64,000 nucleotides of DNA from an uncultured Gammaproteobacteria bacterium. GTDB lineage: Bacteria; Patescibacteriota; Patescibacteriia; Magasanikbacterales; UBA922. Within the stretch, counting starts at the first letter, position 1, and every line of letters begins with the position of its first letter. Shown here one piece after another: positions 58,999 through 64,000 of the stretch. The stretch is from assembly GCA_964447765.1 (NCBI GenBank), contig CAYUTO010000001.1, positions 121,125 through 185,124 on the forward strand, read 5' to 3'. The notes below the pieces were generated by a model. It was not told the DNA's origin. It was given only the letters and a program-made list of their open reading frames with translations, and searched no databases. The translations under genes were made by a program, and so were the position numbers.

Positions 58999-59415
58999 TT
59001 AACGTTTTCTCCATTGATGTCCACGACGAGCTTTGGTCAAACCCGGCTTCTTTCGTTCTTTTGAACGTGAATCACGAGTGAGGTATCCTTCTGCTTTGAG
59101 CACTGGTCGAAGTTCTGGATCCAATTTAATCAGCGCTCGAGCAATACCGTGTCGTACTGCATGAGCCTGACCGGTAACTCCGCCTCCGACTACACGTACA
59201 CTTACATCAAGTTTTGCCTCTCTCTGAACTGCCACCAAAGAAGCCAACACTACCTGCTGAAGAATTTTGGTAGGAAAATATTCTCTAAATTCACGACCAT
59301 TCACGGTGATAGCACCTTTTCCTGGCATGATTCGTACGCGCGCAGCAGCTTCCTTGCGTCTTCCCAAGGCTTTTGTCATGCTATCGTCCGTATTTGTAGC
59401 TCTTTTTGCTGTCAT
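58999..59415 (-). CDS. rpsI: 30S ribosomal protein S9
   Basis: GRRKEA.ARV, LTRD.R.KERKKPG. Confidence 0.97.
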   Translation of the reverse strand: MTAKRATNTDDSMTKALGRRKEAAARVRIMPGKGAITVNGREFREYFPTKILQQVVLASLVAVQREAKLDVSVRVVGGGVTGQAHAVRHGIARALIKLDPELRPVLKAEGYLTRDSRSKERKKPGLTKARRGHQWRKR

Positions 59416-59426
59416 ACATTCTAAAT

Positions 59427-59789
59427 TTAAGCCTTAATAGTTAGACGCTTCATCATCTCAACTCGATGTTTATTTTTTGGAAGCATCCCATTCACCGCGC
59501 GTTTGATAACTGACGTTGGATCATCTTCAAACACGGTCTTCAATGAAGCAGTCTTCAATCCACCTGGATACATCGTATGTCTCTTATAATCTTTCTGCAC
59601 AAATTTTTTACCCGTAAATTTTACTTTTGAAGCATTGGTAACGAGTACTTTTGCACCACCATCAATATGACGTTCAAACGAAGGCTCATCTTTCCCCATG
59701 AGTGCCATCGCTACTTGTGTTGCTACGCGTCCGACTGCTCGACCGGTTGCATCAATTTCAATAGTTTTTCTTTTATTCATAGAAGTCAT
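59427..59789 (-). CDS. rplM: 50S ribosomal protein L13
   Basis: IDA.G..GR.A, HT.YPGGLK, AV.GMLPK; start moved to avoid overlap with rplQ. Confidence 0.95.
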   Translation of the reverse strand: MTSMNKRKTIEIDATGRAVGRVATQVAMALMGKDEPSFERHIDGGAKVLVTNASKVKFTGKKFVQKDYKRHTMYPGGLKTASLKTVFEDDPTSVIKRAVNGMLPKNKHRVEMMKRLTIKA

Positions 59790-59790
59790 A

Positions 59791-60141
59791 TTATACAAAT
59801 TCGATTTTCGCAGTTTCCGCGCTATCATTCTCGCGATATCCTAATTTTGTAATTCGGGTATATCCACCTTTTCTTTCAGCATATCGTGGAGCGATATCTT
59901 TGAAGAGCTTACTTACCGCTCTGCCGGTGAAGAGTACTCCCATCGCCATATCACGATCGAGCTGAGTGTTTCCCTTTGCTCGAGTGATCAAGGGTTCTAC
60001 TACAGTTCGAAGAGCTTTTGCTTTTGCAAGAGTAGTTGTTACTGCACCATGCAATACCAAACTTTCCGCCAAACTGCGCAATAGCGCTTTGCGTTGTCCT
60101 CGTTCACGTCCTAGCTTTACGCCTTTTTTCTTATGTCTCAT
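59791..60141 (-). CDS. rplQ: 50S ribosomal protein L17
   Basis: MRH, TT.AKAK, GGYTRI. Confidence 0.97.
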   Translation of the reverse strand: MRHKKKGVKLGRERGQRKALLRSLAESLVLHGAVTTTLAKAKALRTVVEPLITRAKGNTQLDRDMAMGVLFTGRAVSKLFKDIAPRYAERKGGYTRITKLGYRENDSAETAKIEFV

Positions 60142-60161
60142 ACAATTATCAATAACAAATA

Positions 60162-60887
60162 TTATTCTTGTCCAGTAGAACCTGTACCCACTGCGGTACC
60201 GGCCGCATCAAGTACAAGGCTATAGTGGTCCATAAGAATCTTGGTTGCTCGCTCTACTGCAATACGAGGAGAGATCGTTCCATTGGTTTCAATTCTGATC
60301 GTCAACTTTTCGTAATCAGTTACATCTCCTACACGAGTGTTTTCAACTGAGTAACCAACATCCTTGATTGGTGAATAGAATGAATCCATTACAATCGTGC
60401 CCAAATCAAGATGCTTACTCTCTTTTTCTGCAGCAGGGATATATCCCAATCCTTTGCCAATAATCACTTCAAGTGTAAGCTCTTTCTTGTCAGAGGTAAT
60501 GGTTGCAATTTTTAATTCAGGATTTACAATTTCGATATCAGCATTTTTTTCAAAGTCAGCCGCAGTCACATCGCCGATGCCTTTTTTCTTTAAAGTCAAA
60601 ACAACAGGTGTATCGCTGTGAGAAATTACTGCAAGCTGTTTCAAATTGAGGGTAACTTCAATCACATCTTCCTGCACTCCTTCGATTGCAGCAAATTCGT
60701 GTTGAACTCCATCAATTTTCACTGCTTCTACAGAAGAACCTTCAATTGAAGAAAGAAGTACTCGTCTCAAAGAATTACCAAGAGTGGTACCATATCCCTG
60801 ATGACAAGGAGTAACTACGAGCTCACCAATGTTTTTATCACCGGTTTCTCGGAATTCGATTGTCGAAGGTAGTAAAATATAATCCAT
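60162..60887 (-). CDS. rpoA: RNA polymerase alpha subunit (NTD only, 241 aa)
   Basis: GYGTTLGNSLRRVLLSS, HEF..I.GV.ED; no CTD before rplQ. Confidence 0.95.
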   Translation of the reverse strand: MDYILLPSTIEFRETGDKNIGELVVTPCHQGYGTTLGNSLRRVLLSSIEGSSVEAVKIDGVQHEFAAIEGVQEDVIEVTLNLKQLAVISHSDTPVVLTLKKKGIGDVTAADFEKNADIEIVNPELKIATITSDKKELTLEVIIGKGLGYIPAAEKESKHLDLGTIVMDSFYSPIKDVGYSVENTRVGDVTDYEKLTIRIETNGTISPRIAVERATKILMDHYSLVLDAAGTAVGTGSTGQE

Positions 60888-60934
60888 AGACCTAGATTAT
60901 TGAAGGGTGGGGCTAAAGCCGCACTCCCTCATGA

Positions 60935-61558
60935 TTAACGAGTTGAGTAATACTCAACAATAAGTTTAACGTCAAATACACGTTCAAAATCAGTTTCGAC
61001 TGGCTTTCCAATCACGGTACCGCCTTTTGCAGCAGTAGCAACGGTCAACCATGAAGGAAGCGTGTGCTTACTTAATTTTTCGTCAATTCCTTCAAAAATC
61101 TTTTTGTTTGCTTTATTTGGTTTGAGGGCAAGTACATCACCTACACTTACAATGTGTGAAGGGATGTTCATCTTTTTACCATTCAAGGTAAACATACTGT
61201 GACTTACCAATTGACGAGCCTGTGCACGAGTGGTTGCAAAACCAAGGCGATAAACCACATTGTCCATACGCATTTCAAGAATCTGATTGAGGTTCACTCC
61301 TGAATCCCCTTTCATACCACTTGCAACTTCCACATAGCGTCGGAATTGGCGTTCACGAAGTCCGTATACAAATTTTGCTTTCTGTTTTTCATCAAGCTGA
61401 CGACCATATGAAGACGCATTACTTCTGCGCTTGGTTGGTCCATGCTGTCCTGGAGATTGCATCAATCGGCGAGCCACTTTGGCCGCATTTGTCTTCAATC
61501 CCAAGTTTACATGAAATCGGCGTGCTATTTTATTTTTTGGTCCAATATTTCTACCCAT
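60935..61558 (-). CDS. rpsD: 30S ribosomal protein S4
   Basis: PGQHG, EKQK, LE.R.DNVVYRLG. Confidence 0.97.
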   Translation of the reverse strand: MGRNIGPKNKIARRFHVNLGLKTNAAKVARRLMQSPGQHGPTKRRSNASSYGRQLDEKQKAKFVYGLRERQFRRYVEVASGMKGDSGVNLNQILEMRMDNVVYRLGFATTRAQARQLVSHSMFTLNGKKMNIPSHIVSVGDVLALKPNKANKKIFEGIDEKLSKHTLPSWLTVATAAKGGTVIGKPVETDFERVFDVKLIVEYYSTR

Positions 61559-61584
61559 AGTATTTCAAATTCGAATAAGTTACG

Positions 61585-61983
61585 TTATACGCGGCGACGC
61601 TTTGGTGGGCGGCAACCGTTATGTGCGATTGGAGTGATATCTTTTACTCCGAGCACGTTGACTCCGTTGGTATTAAATGCTCGAATTGCAGCTTCACGTC
61701 CACCTCCCACACCTTTGACAAATACGGTTACTTCTTTTACACCATACGCCTTGATTGCTTCAAGCACGTTTTTTACAACCATACCTGCAGCATAAGGGGT
61801 CGCTTTCTTTGGACCTTTGAATCCAGCACCACCCGCTGATCCCCAGCCGAGTACGTCTCCATTCTGGTCAGCCACCGTAACAATCGTATTGTTAAAAGAA
61901 GCCTGAACATACGCTCTGCCGTGAGAAACCGAACGAATCGCTTTTTTCTTTTTAGTAACTTTTTTAGTAGTTGCTTGTGCCAT
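61585..61983 (-). CDS. rpsK: 30S ribosomal protein S11
   Basis: SFNNTI, TPYAA, HNGCRPPKRRRV. Confidence 0.98.
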   Translation of the reverse strand: MAQATTKKVTKKKKAIRSVSHGRAYVQASFNNTIVTVADQNGDVLGWGSAGGAGFKGPKKATPYAAGMVVKNVLEAIKAYGVKEVTVFVKGVGGGREAAIRAFNTNGVNVLGVKDITPIAHNGCRPPKRRRV

Positions 61984-62020
61984 ACGGTAATTTAGGAAAA
62001 TAAAGGATACACCCTAGCTA

Positions 62021-62407
62021 TTAGGTCTTCTGTGCAGATGGTTTCTTGCCACTTGGTGCAACATTTCGTTTGTTGCCTCGGGTTGTTCTACTATTGGTTT
62101 TTGTTCGCTGTCCTCGAAGCGGCAATCGTTTTGTATGTCTCGTACCACGATAGGATTTAATATCCTTCAAACGTTTGATATTTGAAGAAATTTCACGTCT
62201 CAAGTTTCCTTCAGTCGTTTCTTGTTTTTCAATAATATTGCGGATTACGTCTTCTTGCTCCTGGGTCAACGCTTTAACACGAGTGGTTTCAGGTACTTTT
62301 GCAGAAGCCAAAATTTTCTTTGCTTTAGTACTTCCAATACCGTAAATATACGTAAGCGCAATTACGATTCTTTTTTCGCGAGGAATAGTTACGCCGGATA
62401 CTCTCAT
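62021..62407 (-). CDS. rpsM: 30S ribosomal protein S13
   Basis: ALTYIYGIG, YRG.RH..LP.RGQRTKTN; start moved to MRVSG. Confidence 0.97.
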   Translation of the reverse strand: MRVSGVTIPREKRIVIALTYIYGIGSTKAKKILASAKVPETTRVKALTQEQEDVIRNIIEKQETTEGNLRREISSNIKRLKDIKSYRGTRHTKRLPLRGQRTKTNSRTTRGNKRNVAPSGKKPSAQKT

Positions 62408-62438
62408 AGATGAATGATTCAAGATTATTCTAAAAAAT

Positions 62439-62579
62439 TTAACTACCTGCTTTGGTTCTCTGCTTTCGTCCCTGTCGTTGTTTGTGGCGAGGGTTTTTGC
62501 AGATTACAAACCGTACTCCTCGTCTGATGACGATTTTACAGTCTTTGCAGCGTACTTTCACTGATGGGTGTACTTTCAT
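62439..62579 (-). CDS. rpmJ: 50S ribosomal protein L36 (46 aa, not in ORF track)
   Basis: [46 protein letters not shown]. Confidence 0.95.
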   Translation of the reverse strand: MKVHPSVKVRCKDCKIVIRRGVRFVICKNPRHKQRQGRKQRTKAGS

Positions 62580-62677
62580 ATTCTGTGCTTTTTAAACAAA
62601 AATCATCAACTACTAAGCGATATCGACGTCAGCCTGTGGCCGACTACACCGCACTAGTTGAGACTTCCTATATTAAT

Positions 62678-62896
62678 TTAGAACCGGTAGGTAATACGCC
62701 CCTTTGAGAGGTCATACGGTGTCATTTCGACTTTTACTTCATCACCGACATTGAGTCGGATATTGAACATCCGCATTTTCCCTGAAAGATGAGCAATTAC
62801 TTCGTGTTCGTTTTCAAGTATCACTCGAAATTTAGCGCCGGGCAACAGTTCATCAACCGTACCTCGGACTTCTAAAAAATCATTTTGCTTTCCCAT
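62678..62896 (-). CDS. infA: Translation initiation factor IF-1
   Basis: [20 protein letters not shown]. Confidence 0.97.
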   Translation of the reverse strand: MGKQNDFLEVRGTVDELLPGAKFRVILENEHEVIAHLSGKMRMFNIRLNVGDEVKVEMTPYDLSKGRITYRF

Positions 62897-63042
62897 GTAA
62901 ATATGTTTAACGCCAGTATTGTAGCGTAAATGAATAACATTGTCAAGGTTTTTTAGTATGCCTCAGAAAATCTATATTTAGGCTTATTTTAGCACAGTAT
63001 TCCATGATTGACAAACTATGCACAATTTACTAATCTTTCCCC

Positions 63043-63265
63043 GTGGGTCAGAGTTCTTGTGCCAATTTCCACTGTGTAGAGTCATAGGCGGGAGACTCTG
63101 AGGTCGTATAACCGTGAGACTAGCCATGACTAAGGACAGGATACTCGGGTATAACTACGAGATACCTGGCACGAATGCGTGGCCGCGACGTTTCAGCTGT
63201 GTGCGACGGATATGTTCGACGTTGAAATACCGCCCTCTGGAATGACAGAGGGGCTCTGCACCCAC
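63043..63265 (+). ncRNA. Unidentified structured non-coding RNA
   Basis: TTGACA-N17-TAATCT promoter (63008-36), GC-rich, terminal helix 63043-56/63251-65, several internal helices. Confidence 0.65.
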
Positions 63266-63275
63266 CCCCCTACTT

Positions 63276-63314
63276 ACCCCGCCGACACTTGTGTCCGCGG
63301 GGTTTCTACTTTTT
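63276..63314 (+). terminator. Intrinsic terminator of the ncRNA
   Basis: ACCCCGC.GACAC/GTGTC.GCGGGGT followed by T-rich run. Confidence 0.7.
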
Positions 63315-63347
63315 ATTTGTATTTTCGTATCTACTGCCTTTTTCGTT

Positions 63348-63791
63348 TTAACTTTTTACCTCCACCCTCTCCCGATATACCCAAAATCTAAATAATGCAA
63401 AGTTCCAGAGCACCATACAAGCAATAGAGGCAAGACGGACCAATAGATATGGTAGGCCCCACACTTCGTTTCCCAGATACATCGCACCCACAGAGAAGGC
63501 ATAATTCCATGCCGCAAGGATGAGATACCGTACTAATTCCTTGTGTGATGCCCCTGTGCTTCCAAATGACCATTTTTTATTAAGTGTGAAATTGAATGCC
63601 ATGACAAATGCAGCATTAATCACGACTGATGTCGTCGGATCAAGATGCAACCATTCTACAAATAGAGTAAGAAGCGCTACATCAATTGCAACGCTCGAAA
63701 CACCAACAATCACATATTTGGCGAATTTCACGCGCTCAGCCCAGACCTGTGCAAATGTACTGAGAATTTTTTGTTTCATAGATATGGACAA
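63348..63791 (-). CDS. GtrA family membrane protein
   Basis: KY.IVG, NF.LNKKWSF, WNF...RFWVY. Confidence 0.9.
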   Translation of the reverse strand: MSISMKQKILSTFAQVWAERVKFAKYVIVGVSSVAIDVALLTLFVEWLHLDPTTSVVINAAFVMAFNFTLNKKWSFGSTGASHKELVRYLILAAWNYAFSVGAMYLGNEVWGLPYLLVRLASIACMVLWNFALFRFWVYRERVEVKS

Positions 63792-63871
63792 GTATACGCG
63801 ATACCTTATTTTTGTTCAAATAAAAAAAATACTGCAGCTTATATGCTGCAGTATTTTGATTCGATACATAT

Positions 63872-64000
63872 TTAGGCATTTTTGACTGCGAGCATTCTCA
63901 CTCTTTTTGTCTTGATCACTGAATATGTAAATGCCGCGAGGAACACACAACCTTGGAATAATACAATCGCCCCACCAGTTGATACATCAAGATAATAACT
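63872..64000 (-). CDS. C-terminal end of metal ABC transporter permease (ZnuB/MntB-like), partial
   Basis: SYYLDVSTGGAIVL...KNA*. Confidence 0.65.
   Translation of the reverse strand, partial: SYYLDVSTGGAIVLFQGCVFLAAFTYSVIKTKRVRMLAVKNA

Noticed and set aside
60142-60165. rpoA pseudogene or frameshift
   Set aside because: No room for a CTD before rplQ and the NTD frame is intact.
63043-63265. RNase P, tmRNA, SRP RNA, or the 63179..63391 ORF
   Set aside because: Signature motifs not found on either strand; the ORF has no recognisable features and crosses the terminator.

Overview
64 kb of an AT-rich bacterial chromosome. Gene content and style suggest a Patescibacteria/CPR (Parcubacteria-like) host; this is inferred, not verified. 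Left part (1-21.8 kb): accessory genes, including two ECF sigma/anti-sigma-like modules with readable autoregulatory promoters, greA, an LCP protein, a large lectin/Ig/peptidoglycan-binding surface protein, a murL homologue and a five-gene C50-type carotenoid operon (cruF-crtI-crtB-crtE-lyeJ-like). Middle (21.8-47.7 kb): an accretion zone at the 3' end of tRNA-Gln(UUG). Five att-like sites with identical spacing (CTC-N16-TTNGAAC-like), four of them directly after a hairpin, divide the zone into cassette-like units. The last unit (about 30337-47608) is a roughly 17 kb element with a Type III R-M/DUF2779/PHP-ATPase defence operon, lexA, a complete-looking filamentous-phage (inovirus-like) gene set, an HUH Rep with an origin-like region and a large serine recombinase that reads into the tRNA. 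Right part (47.7-64 kb): core genes (ftsEX, pyrE/F/D, gpsA, tRNA-Thr, tRNA-Gly, prsA-like, flippase/GT4, alpha operon with an rpoA lacking its CTD, infA) and an unidentified, independently transcribed structured RNA of about 225 nt. All family assignments come from recognising motifs by eye; no database search was run.
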